Shown here piece after piece: positions 46,184 through 56,495 of a DNA stretch of 56,495 nt. The DNA comes from Octopus bimaculoides. Lineage: Eukaryota. The notes beneath the pieces are model-generated. The model made no database searches and was not told where the DNA came from. It saw only the letters and a program-made list of their open reading frames with translations. How positions within the stretch are numbered: the first letter of the stretch is position 1; each line of letters starts with the position of its first letter. The position numbers and the translations under genes are program-made. Location: assembly GCF_001194135.2 (NCBI RefSeq), contig NC_068990.1, forward strand, positions 30,626,368 to 30,682,862, in the 5' to 3' direction.

Positions 46184-46561
46184 TTAACTGGAAGCCTTCT
46201 GGGTCTTCTTGGGGAGAAGAACAGCCTGAATATTGGGAAGAACACCACCCTGGGCGATGGTCACTCCAGACAAAAGTTTGTTTAATTCTTCGTCGTTACG
46301 GATGGCCAACTGTAAATGACGGGGAATAATTCTCGATTTCTTGTTGTCTCTGGCAGCATTTCCTGCCAATTCCAACACTTCGGCAGCCAAATATTCCATA
46401 ACAGCAGCCAAGTAGACTGGAGCTCCGGCACCAACACGTTCGGCATAATTTCCTTTGCGGAGAAGACGGTGGATACGACCGACAGGGAACTGAAGCCCAG
46501 CACGGGATGAACGGGTTTTACTCTTTCCCTTCACTTTACCTCCTTTACCACGACCAGACAT
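46184..46561 (-). CDS. H2A: Histone H2A (canonical type, 125 aa, intronless)
   Basis: [32 protein letters not shown]...[11 protein letters not shown]. Confidence 0.98.
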   Translation of the reverse strand: MSGRGKGGKVKGKSKTRSSRAGLQFPVGRIHRLLRKGNYAERVGAGAPVYLAAVMEYLAAEVLELAGNAARDNKKSRIIPRHLQLAIRNDEELNKLLSGVTIAQGGVLPNIQAVLLPKKTQKASS

Positions 46562-46855
46562 TTTCTATAGGTAATTATAACAGCACGAACACACGAAGCT
46601 AATGACAATAGAATAATAAAATGCTTACTTGGCTTAAATAAGCATAAAGTGGCTCAACTCGCTATCTGTTTACGTCATCACTATTTTAACCAATTAAATT
46701 GAGAGCTACAATCGGTCACATGATATCATTTAGTGGTGTAAGACGTTTAGCCAATAAAATTACTTTGTAAGAGTAGACTCGTCTGGAGCCTACCATAGTT
46801 TATATAAATACTGAGAGAAAGCTGTTGACATTGTAACATTCAATATACAACTGCA
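46562..46855. promoter_or_regulatory. Bidirectional H2A/H2B promoter (294 bp)
   Basis: TATATAAATA at 46801-46810 (H2B side); TATTTAA on the minus strand at 46634-46640 (H2A side); CCAAT at 46690 and 46751; CRE-like TTACGTCA at 46670-46677. Confidence 0.75.
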
Positions 46856-47233
46856 ATGCCACCAGCTCCTGCTGCACCTTCTAAGGGGGCCAAGAAGGCT
46901 TCCAAGGCCAAATCTTCTCGAGCTTCGGGTGATAAGAAACGTAAGAGAAGGAGGAAGGAAAGTTATTCCATCTACATCTACAAAGTAATGAAACAAGTCC
47001 ACCCCGACACTGGTATTTCCAGCAAAGCTATGTCTATCATGAACAGTTTTGTCAACGATTTGTTCGAAAGAATAGCTTCTGAAGCCAGCCGTTTGGCTCA
47101 CTACAACAAACGTTCAACCATCAGTAGCCGTGAGGTCCAGACTGCTGTCCGTCTGCTTCTCCCTGGCGAGTTGGCCAAACACGCCGTCTCTGAAGGTACC
47201 AAGGCTGTCACCAAATACACCAGCAGCAAGTAG
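46856..47233 (+). CDS. H2B: Histone H2B (125 aa, intronless)
   Basis: [16 protein letters not shown]...[36 protein letters not shown]...[10 protein letters not shown]. Confidence 0.98.
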   Translation: MPPAPAAPSKGAKKASKAKSSRASGDKKRKRRRKESYSIYIYKVMKQVHPDTGISSKAMSIMNSFVNDLFERIASEASRLAHYNKRSTISSREVQTAVRLLLPGELAKHAVSEGTKAVTKYTSSK

Positions 47234-47267
47234 ATAAAACTATTCTACTGTTAATGTCTTTGACAAC

Positions 47268-47283
47268 GGCCCTTTTCAGGGCC
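47268..47283 (+). terminator. Canonical histone 3' stem-loop of H2B
   Basis: acaacGGCCCTTTTCAGGGCCa, 34 nt after the stop codon. Confidence 0.95.
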
Positions 47284-50214
47284 ATTTAACATTTCAAAGT
47301 TAGTCGACTTGGTCTAATTATCATTTATATGAGCTAAGCAAAGTCCGAAAAATTTTAAAGCTATTTGAACATTCATCTATATTTATCTTTTTTTTTTCCA
47401 TTCCTGAAATGTAAAATATTTGAAATCAATAATCATAACACTTTATTCATCTACAATGAATTCAGATCATTTTAAATGTTTATCTTTAACGTTGTAATAA
47501 AAAACTAAATCTATCATTAGAGCGTTTTCTTTATTTGCTGGCCTTTCACGTTCTAAGTTCAAATCCAGCTGTGTTCGACTTTGCTATTCATACTTCTGGG
47601 TCGATATAATGAACTGCTCTATCCTAAATTTTTCATCTCGAATACTTTTTTTTTNNNNNNNNNNNNNNNNNNNNNNNNNNNNNNNNNNNNNNNNNNNNNN
47701 NNNNNNNNNNNNNNNNNNNNNNNNNNNNNNNNNNNNNNNNNNNNNNNNNNNNNNNNNNNNNNNNNNNNNNNNNNNNNNNNNNNNNNNNNNNNNNNNNNNN
47801 NNNNNNNNNNNNNNNNNNNNNNNNNNNNNNNNNNNNNNNNNNNNNNNNNNNNNNNNNNNNNNNNNNNNNNNNNNNNNNNNNNNNNNNNNNNNNNNNNNNN
47901 NNNNNNNNNNNNNNNNNNNNNNNNNNNNNNNNNNNNNNNNNNNNNNNNNNNNNNNNNNNNNNNNNNNNNNNNNNNNNNNNNNNNNNNNNNNNNNNNNNNN
48001 NNNNNNNNNNNNNNNNNNNNNNNNNNNNNNNNNNNNNNNNNNNNNNNNNNNNNNNGCTAACCTTAATTCTTATACCTTAAAGTTTTACTTTATACTGGCA
48101 AAATTCTAGAACTGTTAATATAGAAATCGCGTATTTTTCCGAGGTTTGTATTTTTTTTCCAATTGAATCTGGGATACTATGTGCCCTCCATCCAATCTGT
48201 TTCTTAACTCTGACAGCTGGGGGGGGGGTTTTCCCCCAATTTTCGGTTGAGTTTCGGATCAGGACACCCCAAGAATTTGGATTTTTCTCTGGTTTGACGA
48301 ATTTTTTCATCTTTATATGAGAATTTTAACTCCATCCTCTTCTGGGTCAATTTTTTGGCACTACATACTTAAAACCATTAAAATTTTCAAACGAAAAGGT
48401 CTGATTTAAGGGAGATTTAGATGTTGTTTCTAGCACATCCCACGACCACGTCCTCGTTTCTTTGTTACTCTCACATGTATTGATGTTTTTCAATATTATG
48501 CCTTAAATTAACTCCTTGAGTATTTCGACTCCTACCCCAACACCGTTTTTTCTCCAAATATTCCAGACATTCAAGTGACTTCGCAGCTCTTCTTCCAAAA
48601 CCACCAACATACTAGAGTTGAGCTCTTGACATGCTAGGAATAGCTAAATCTCACTCAAATTGTTCTGTCTTAAGATATTCCTGATAATGTAATCTAAATC
48701 GCAGAGAACCTGAAAAAGTCAGTTTGAAGGCGACTTGGTGCTAAATAACTAAAAGCAGAACAATATACTAATTTTTCCTTTTTTGGGAGATGTGATAAAA
48801 AAAAATATGCAGAACTGTCTTCACAGCATCAAAATAAGATAAATGTCGATTGCATTTTATCAAATCCAAATAAGATTCTGAGTACAACTTGTAATGTTCC
48901 TAGTGACAAATTTGATATTAGCTGTAAAAATAAAGCCTAAAATGAAGCTATGAATGCCTCCAACCTGTCTGAGAAGAGGATCTCCAATAAAGGACTGACT
49001 TGGAGAATGACAACCTATCAAACATGAAAGTTCTTTAAAGGTGATTTGGCAATATCTGGCAGTTCCAACTTTTGAGTTTAAAACCTGCTGAAGTCAACTA
49101 AATTTTAATATTTTTACAGGAAGGAAAAAATATAAGCATTAAAAGTAAAAGATTGAATTGTTAAACAGAACGAAACCCCACCAAAGTAAAAACACAACGT
49201 GGGGGGTGGGGTGGAAGGTGAGAGCAATGGGTTCTACATACTGGAACAATGGGTGTGTTTAAGGGTTAATAAACCTACCACTCCCAAGGTCTTGGCAGAG
49301 TAAGAATTTCAGACCAGATGCCTTGCAGTATTTGCTCTGGCGCTTTGTGTTCTGAATTGAAATTCCACCTTGGACTATTTCAGTGATAGACTAATTGCCC
49401 AGCTTAACACTTGTCTGGCACCTTGGATACTTTTNNNNNNNNNNTTTTTCCTTCCTGTAAAAATATTAGACTAATTGCCCAGCTTAACACTTGTCTGGCA
49501 CCTTGGATACTTCTAGCAGAGTCCTCTCAGTTGCAAGTGGTTCTAGTATGAGACTGCCTTCCATCCCACCAGTCTTGGAAGCTCTAACAGGTGAAGGGGC
49601 TATTACCTTTCCTCTTGACTAAAAAACAAAAGATACTTTCTTGGAGTCAAAGTTTGCAGTAGAGAGGTAAGCTTATGAATAATCCAAAGAATTTGTATTT
49701 ATTACTAAAATCACAAAAGTAAACTTTTTACACTATAACATGATGGAAAACATTGAAATGAAAAGTCCAGTCGAACATGTTTGTTGCTGCTACAGTTTTA
49801 TTGGCATATCATGGCTAGTTTTCTGTATTGAGAAAAATATTACAATTTGGGATAAAATTTTGGCTGCAAAACTGTATCAGACTTTGAAGCATAATCAGTT
49901 CTGGTTGAATGGTAGAGTATAAAACTGCAAATATGTACAAGACTTTTTGGCAAAGAATGTGAGAAAACTAAGGCAGATATTCTAATGCTGCTGTATTAAA
50001 ACACATTAAGTGTATCACAGTGTTTCCCAGTATTTCTGACATATACTCTCATTTATGGAAGGGACCACAGGGTGAAGATTACAGATACTAGATTTGAATG
50101 AAAATGTCTAAGACAAGGGTAGAGTTATAGAGAAAATGGTTGTTGAAAACAGTCCGATACTCTTATATTATTTAAGCCACATAATGCATTAAGATTTACT
50201 TTGACAACATTGGT

Positions 50215-50725
50215 TGGATCATCATCATTTTATGTCTGTTTTCCATGCTAGCATGGGTTGGACGGTTTGACTGGGGTCTGGAAAACCAGGAGGCTGCACA
50301 TCTGGCAGAGTTTCTACAGCTGGATGCCCTTCCTAATGCCAACCACTCCGAGAGTGTAGTGGGTGCTTTTTACGTGCCACTGGCACAGGGGCCAGAGTGG
50401 GCTGGTTATGCGACACTGGTGTAGATTACAGCTGTGAGCTCACTTTATTTGCCGGGTCTTCTCAGTCACATCATATCTCCAGCTCCAGAGGTCTCGGTCT
50501 TTTGTCATTGCCTCTGTGAGGCCCAACATTTGAAGGTCATGCTTCACTGCATCCCATGTCTTCCTGGGTGTCCCTCTACCCTGGATTCTTTCCACTGTTT
50601 GGGAGTGGCACTTCTTCACACAGCTCTCCTCATCCATCCGTAGTACATGACCATACCAACGCAAACATCTCTCTCTTGCACGCCACATCTGATCCTTCTT
50701 ATGTCCAACATTTCTCTCAGGGTGC
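50215..50725 (-). mobile_element. 5'-truncated RTE LINE (ORF2 end plus 3' tail)
   Basis: LRWYGHVLRMDEESCVKKC...GRGTPRKTWD..KHDLQMLGLTEAMTKDRDLW...EKTRQIK*, followed by the tail. Confidence 0.88.
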
Positions 50726-50784
50726 TTACACAATGGTGAAAATATTTTGTTCAAAGTAAACTATATCAGCTAAAAGGACAACAG

Positions 50785-50995
50785 TTAATCCTTTTGCATT
50801 CAGATTACTTTGTCAAATGTAAAGCTTATTTTATTCCCATTGTTTTGAATTAATTATCCATCTCATAGCTTCAAAATTTCAATAATGGGGTATTACATTG
50901 CAGGATTGGTATGGAAAACTGGATCTGACAACGTTGAACATAAAATAGATTTATTTGGCTGAATATGGCCAGTTTAAATGTTAAAAGAATTTTAA
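50785..50995. mobile_element. piggyBac-like MITE copy
   Basis: ttaaTCCTTTTGCATTCAGATTACT...; homologous to 6619 and 21632. Confidence 0.6.
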
Positions 50996-51159
50996 TTTGT
51001 GATAGTTGATAATTGTGAATGTTATGCTTAGTTGGAAATGGTTTAGCTGACTGTCCTTCCTCTCATCAACTCAATTGTTTCCAAGCAGAGTAACATTTTC
51101 TCATGGCAAAGAATGTTTTCTTTTTTTTTCAGAATATCGGAAATGAATGACACTAACTG

Positions 51160-53365
51160 TATCATCATCATCGTTTAATGTCCGCTTTCCATGCATGGGT
51201 TGGACGATTTGACTGAGGACTGGTGAAACCGGATGGCAACACCAGACTCCAATCTGATTTGGCAGAGTTTCTACAGCTGGATGCCCTTCCTAACGCCAAC
51301 CACTCAGAGTGTAGTGGGTGCTTTTACGTGTCACCCGCACGAAGGCCAGTTAGGCGGTACTGGCACCGGCCATGCTCAATCATCTCACTTGCACACCACA
51401 ACTGATGCTTCTTAGGTCTAACTTTTCTCTCAAGGCACTTACACTCTGTCGGGTATGCACACTGACATTACACATCCAGCGGNNNNNNNNNNNNNNNNNN
51501 NNNNNNNNNNNNNNNNNNNNNNNNNNNNNNNNNNNNNNNNNNNNNNNNNNNNNNNNNNNNNNNNNNNNNNNNNNNNNNNNNNNNNNNNNNNNNNNNNNNN
51601 NNNNNNNNNNNNNNNNNNNNNNNNNNNNNNNNNNNNNNNNNNNNNNNNNNNNNNNNNNNNNNNNNNNNNNNNNNNNNNNNNNNNNNNNNNNNNNNNNNNN
51701 NNNNNNNNNNNNNNNNNNNNNNNNNNNNNNNNNNNNNNNNNNNNNNNNNNNNNNNNNNNNNNNNNNNNNNNNNNNNNNNNNNNNNNNNNNNNNNNNNNNN
51801 NNNNNNNNNNNNNNNNNNNNNNNNNNNNNNNNNNNNNNNNNNNNNNNNNNNNNNNNNNNNNNNNNNNNNNNNNNNNNNNNNNNNNNNNNNNNNNNNNNNN
51901 NNNNNNNNNNNNNNNNNNNNNNTACATCTTATAGAGTTACTACCAACCCCTTTTCTACATACTGAGCAGGGCCATCTACCTGAAGGGGTTTGTGTTTTAT
52001 CTACCTTCCTACTTATTAGGATTTTGGTTTTAGCTAGGTTGACTCTAAGGCCCTTCGATTCTAGTCCTTGCTTCCACACCTGAAACTTCTCGTCTAGTTC
52101 TGATAGTGACTCCGCAATTAGTGCAAGGTCATCAGCATAGAGGAGCTCCCAGAGGCAACCTGACTTGAATTCCTCTGTGATCGCCTGGAGGATAAATAGG
52201 AGGGGGCTGAGGACGGAACCTTGGTGGACCCCTACCTCTACCCGGAATTCATTACTGTATTCCTCATTGACTACCAGATAAGGGATCGGGGGACCCTGTC
52301 AAAGGCTTTCTCCATGTCAACGAAAGCCAGGTNNNNNNNNNNNNNNNNNNNNNNNNNNNNNNNNNNNNNNNNNNNNNNNNNNNNNNNNNNNNNNNNNNNN
52401 NNNNNNNNNNNNNNNNNNNNNNNNNNNNNNNNNNNNNNNNNNNNNNNNNNNNNNNNNNNNNNNNNNNNNNNNNNNNNNNNNNNNNNNNNNNNNNNNNNNN
52501 NNNNNNNNNNNNNNNNNNNNNNNNNNNNNNNNNNNNNNNNNNNNNNNNNNNNNNNNNNNNNNNNNNNNNNNNNNNNNNNNNNNNNNNNNNNNNNNNNNNN
52601 NNNNNNNNNNNNNNNNNNNNNNNNNNNNNNNNNNNNNNNNNNNNNNNNNNNNNNNNNNNNNNNNNNNNNNNNNNNNNNNNNNNNNNNNNNNNNNNNNNNN
52701 NNNNNNNNNNNNNNNNNNNNNNNNNNNNNNNNNNNNNNNNNNNNNNNNNNNNNNNNNNNNNNNNNNNNNNNNNNNNNNNNNNNNNNNNNNNNNNNNNNNN
52801 NNNNNNNNNNNNNNNNNNNNNNNNNNNNNNNNNNNNNNNNNNNNNNNNNNNNNNNNNNNNNNNNNNNNNNNNNNNNNNNNNNNNNNNNNNNNNNNNNNNN
52901 NNNNNNNNNNNNNNNNNNNNNNNNNNNNNNNNNNNNNNNNNNNNNNNNNNNNNNNNNNNNNNNNNNNNNNNNNNNNNNNNNNNNNNNNNNNCATCCATGC
53001 GAACACATTTCTCTCCTACGACATCACTATTCTCTCTCCTACACTGTCTTGCAACACGAAATACCTCAAGTCTTTGGTCCTCACGGCGCAGAACATTGGC
53101 AAATCTTTTCTTATCTGCTTCCTCTCTGGCTAAATAAACCTGTCGCCTAGCTTCCCTTTTGGCACATTGGTACAATTCCCTGCTACCACCGTTCTTCCAG
53201 CCCTTCCAAGCCTGTTTCTTTTGTCTAATAGCCCTGTCTACCTCCTTGTTCCACCACCACGTTACTCTGGGTCGAGAGGGAACTTTACACCAGCCACATA
53301 TCTGGTCGGTGACTCAACAGGTTGTCCCGCAGAAATCTCCAATTGTATGACAGTGAAATATATAC
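51160..53365 (-). mobile_element. Relatively young RTE LINE, 5'-truncated and internally deleted, with about 1.1 kb of N
   Basis: PRVTWWWNKEVDRAIRQKK..., YQCAKREARRQVY, LAFVDMEKAFDRVPRSLIW, WKQGLESKGLRVNLAKTK and RWPCSVCRKGVGSNSIRC. After RWMCNVS...CGVQ the sequence jumps directly to the 3' tail. Confidence 0.9.
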
Positions 53366-53924
53366 ACGACAGGCTCCTTTCAGTTGTGTATCAAACCTAG
53401 ACACAAGCGTTTTTTGGTTGGCCTGGGTCTAAGGAAGGCACTTGTCTAATGTGCTATGCAGTGGAACTGAACCTGAAAGAGAGCCTCTTACTTAAAAGAC
53501 AGCCTGATCTTTGAAAAGGAGTTTCCATAAAATTTCATGTAACAAATGCTACAGCACTTCGAAAATTCTTTGATGTCCCAAAAGCTATTCATTTAGAGTA
53601 TATTAATTTAAAGGAACTAACATTAAAAGTAGAGAGTGTAGAAGCAATTATGAAACACCCGAGATAATATGAAGATAGCCATAATTGAAGAATGTTATCT
53701 TTTGATACCAACGCACTTGAGGCCACTCTTGGCTTTGAAAACCTTTCGAAATTTCATGCTAATTTGTTCCAATCAACATTTTACTAAATTCTTCATTTTC
53801 AAATTGAAAATGATGGCATTGTATTTCAACAAGAGGAAGGTGAATGCTGATGTCTTATCTATTCCATACAGAAGGAATTCCTTTTGTAAGAACCCCCAGT
53901 TTGTAGAAACAAGAGTGAAAAAAA

Positions 53925-54170
53925 GCATGCAGTTCAGCGGGTCGGGTATTCAGCTCGCGATTGTGAGTTTGATACGTGATGGCGTATCCACTCAGCTGGC
54001 AATAGTGAGTTGTACCTGTAATTAAAAAGGCTAGCCTTGAGACAGTCTGTGTTATGGTGAATCTCCCTGGTCTGTGGAGTGCTCAGCCACTTGCACGCTA
54101 ATATTACGAGCAGGCTGTTCCGTTGATCGGATCAACTGGAACGCTCGTCGTCGTAACCGACACAGTGCCA
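53925..54170 (+). mobile_element. SINE family C copy
   Basis: CCACTCAGCTGGC..TGAGTTGTACCTGTA...GGATCAACTGGAACGCTCGTCGTCGTAACCGAC. Confidence 0.75.
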
Positions 54171-54877
54171 GTTAGTTTTTGTATTTAAGAAACAAAAGAA
54201 TTTAACTGCAAATTGACTCAAAGTGAATTCCAAATCTGACTACTTCTCATAAGTTAACATATTTGGATGACCCTAACTCCTGGAGATGGAAAATAACCAG
54301 CAGAAGTATAAAGATCTAAAACTATTCATCCAGTTTTCAATGAGCCAAATTGTAAAAATGCAGAATAATGAATCCTTGAATAAGAAAAGTGGTTTGGAGA
54401 AAAATGATTAAACAGCTAGGTTCTTTGGTTTTAGATAAGTGAAAGGGAGAGTAACATGGAGTATTTTAAACATAAGCGCAACTTCAGTAAACCTTTTTGA
54501 CTTGTAACAGCTTCGATTTTATAAGAAACTTTGAAAAGCCATATATATGGTACTCTTATGTTGATGTATACAAGCTCTTCGTTTTGGCAGATGGTCATAC
54601 TACCTTCCTCCCATGTGCCCAGCCTAATCTCATTCATGAGATAATCTGATGGTTAGCAGGTTTAAAACTGGTTTACTTGTTCACTAACATGGATAGGTAT
54701 TACGTTAAACTGCTCAACCAAATCTATTTGAATCGTTTTACTTTTAACATTTGGTGATGTGCCATGTATTCACCACATCAACCATTGAAATATGAAATCA
54801 ACTTTAATCCAATCTAATAAACTAACCAGCAGGTCTGTTGCTTTTATTTAATTCACGGCGAATTAAAAAGAGTTAAA

Positions 54878-54973
54878 TTAACCCATTAAGTCCCAGAGTA
54901 CTTATGTGATATAGCTTATTTAATGTTCTCATTTAGTGTCCTATTTATAAGACAGTGGGACTTCATGGGTTAA
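54878..54973. mobile_element. Tiny piggyBac-like MITE (96 bp)
   Basis: TTAACCCATTAAGTCCCA ... TGGGACTTCATGGGTTAA: 17 of 18 nt inverted match, with TTAA-CCC/GGG-TTAA ends. Confidence 0.7.
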
Positions 54974-56148
54974 AATTTAAAGTTAAAAGAAAACGGAAAA
55001 TTGAAGATAAAACATTCAAGTATATTAACCAAAAAGAGAAAGTTAGACTGTATTTAAAGTCAATAAAAATATATATTGTATGGGGTGGAGTGGGGGGTGC
55101 AGCCATATAGTAGGAAGTTTACTTCGCAACCATGGTTCTAGGTTCAAACCATCAGCACAGCACATTAACCAATGTCCTGGAAGAAGGTGGATGACGGAAT
55201 TAAAACCCACGAAGTCTGCCTAGTTACCTCCCTTTAATGGCTGATGCAACCAGAATGGATTTATTTCCTTGACGTTTAGTTTATTTGCCTCACATGAAAT
55301 CCAATCGGGTTGATTAGGTAACTATTGGTAAATATATCCAATCACTTCAGTTTTAGACGGTTATCTTTACAAGTATTGTGTGTGCGTAAAAGAAATCCTC
55401 AACTGTTGACCCAGCTCTTTCACAATAATCTGACAGAAGAACCTGTTATCAGCTGAAAATATTGAACTGTCGGAATATACAAGAATCATCTGCAGCATGG
55501 ACATGTTTGGCTCGGGTTGAACCAGCGAGAATCTATACAAATAACGTTGCTGTACGTTTTCGATAAGGAAGATTCAAACGTTAATGTTTAATGAGACATT
55601 CACGTCCGGACCTGCCAGAACAAGAGAAAAATTATTGATCATGCTCGAAAATTAAAAACCTATTACATCATATGATTCAATGTTTTTGCGGTCACTCTAC
55701 CTGCTAGAAACAGCAGCCACATTTCGCATATTTTAACAGAAAACAGACCGGTTCACGTGTCGAAAGAGAAATCGGTGATCGTCACCGAGGAATGACATTC
55801 TTTTTCTAATTAATCATTTGAATGAACCTAATGTACAGCTAAAACAATTTACTGATTACCGGAAAACTGCATTTGTTAATAATAGGGTTCACAAAAAAAA
55901 AAAGAAATTATTCTAACGACGTACAAAAGTATACCACGCATTTTCACAACCCATAATCACATTTTGTACATAGCAAAAAACAATGGTTAAGGCGACTGAA
56001 GTTTATACAGAAAACCAGCCCATAAGACATTAAAAGGAAAGATAAAGAAATGTCATGAAAGATAAGGCCACCCTTCCGTTGAGGTTACAAAATAAAATAG
56101 AAATAAGCATATCGAAGAGGGTGAGGTGGCTTACATTAGGATATGAAT

Positions 56149-56164
56149 GGCCCTGAAAAGGGCC
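56149..56164 (-). terminator. Canonical histone 3' stem-loop of H4
   Basis: Minus strand GGCCCTTTTCAGGGCC, 40 nt after the stop codon. Confidence 0.95.
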
Positions 56165-56204
56165 GGGATTTGTCGCTAGTCACGACCACGAAGTTACTTC
56201 CAGT

Positions 56205-56495
<291 letters not shown>

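Noticed and set aside
46184-46210. H2A.X or other variant identity
   Set aside because: The C-terminus KKTQKASS has no SQ(E/D)-hydrophobic motif and the core is canonical.
45819-47501. AATAAA signals about 210-240 nt downstream of the H2A and H2B stem-loops
   Set aside because: They are expected by chance in such AT-rich DNA and are not evidence of dual processing without 3'-end data.
48400-48715. Coding-looking stretch after a minus-strand acceptor-like site
   Set aside because: All frames are interrupted by stops and I recognise no domain.
49387-49512. 46-nt direct repeat around a 10-N gap
   Set aside because: Most likely an assembly overlap artefact.
47581-53175. Long ORFs made mostly of X
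   Set aside because: Artefacts of translating N gaps; only the flanking RTE peptides are informative.

Overview
AT-rich, repeat-dense eukaryotic DNA with many N gaps. The SINE/RTE/microsatellite landscape looks like an octopus (coleoid cephalopod) genome; this is an inference from recalled repeat families. (1) Minus strand, 36661 down past position 1: the 5' five coding exons of a TGF-beta/activin type I receptor (ALK4/5/7-baboon class, TGFBR1-like). I built them by hand from GT-AG sites with consistent phases: 36592-36661, 15353-15461, 6377-6528, 3851-4072 and 1567-1797. They encode signal peptide, 10-Cys ectodomain, TM, GS box and kinase N-lobe; the rest of the gene lies outside the window. 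(2) Replication-type histone genes: a divergent H2A/H2B pair (46184-47233) and an H4 cut by the window end (56205-56495). (3) Many mobile-element remnants: a mariner, two RTE lineages, L1/Tx1 and Penelope-like fragments, Helitron pieces, piggyBac- and hAT-like MITEs, and several tRNA-headed SINE families. I found no rRNA, true tRNA, CRISPR or prokaryotic system, and no clear new multi-gene system. Best leads: an RTE LINE tail with three tandem C2H2 fingers; an ALK5-type PKDRP loop plus a Thr-to-Pro GS box in the receptor; a strong-context in-frame uORF ending 6 nt before the receptor ATG; and an H2A gene with a broken 3' stem-loop. Repeat boundaries are approximate (about +/-20 nt).
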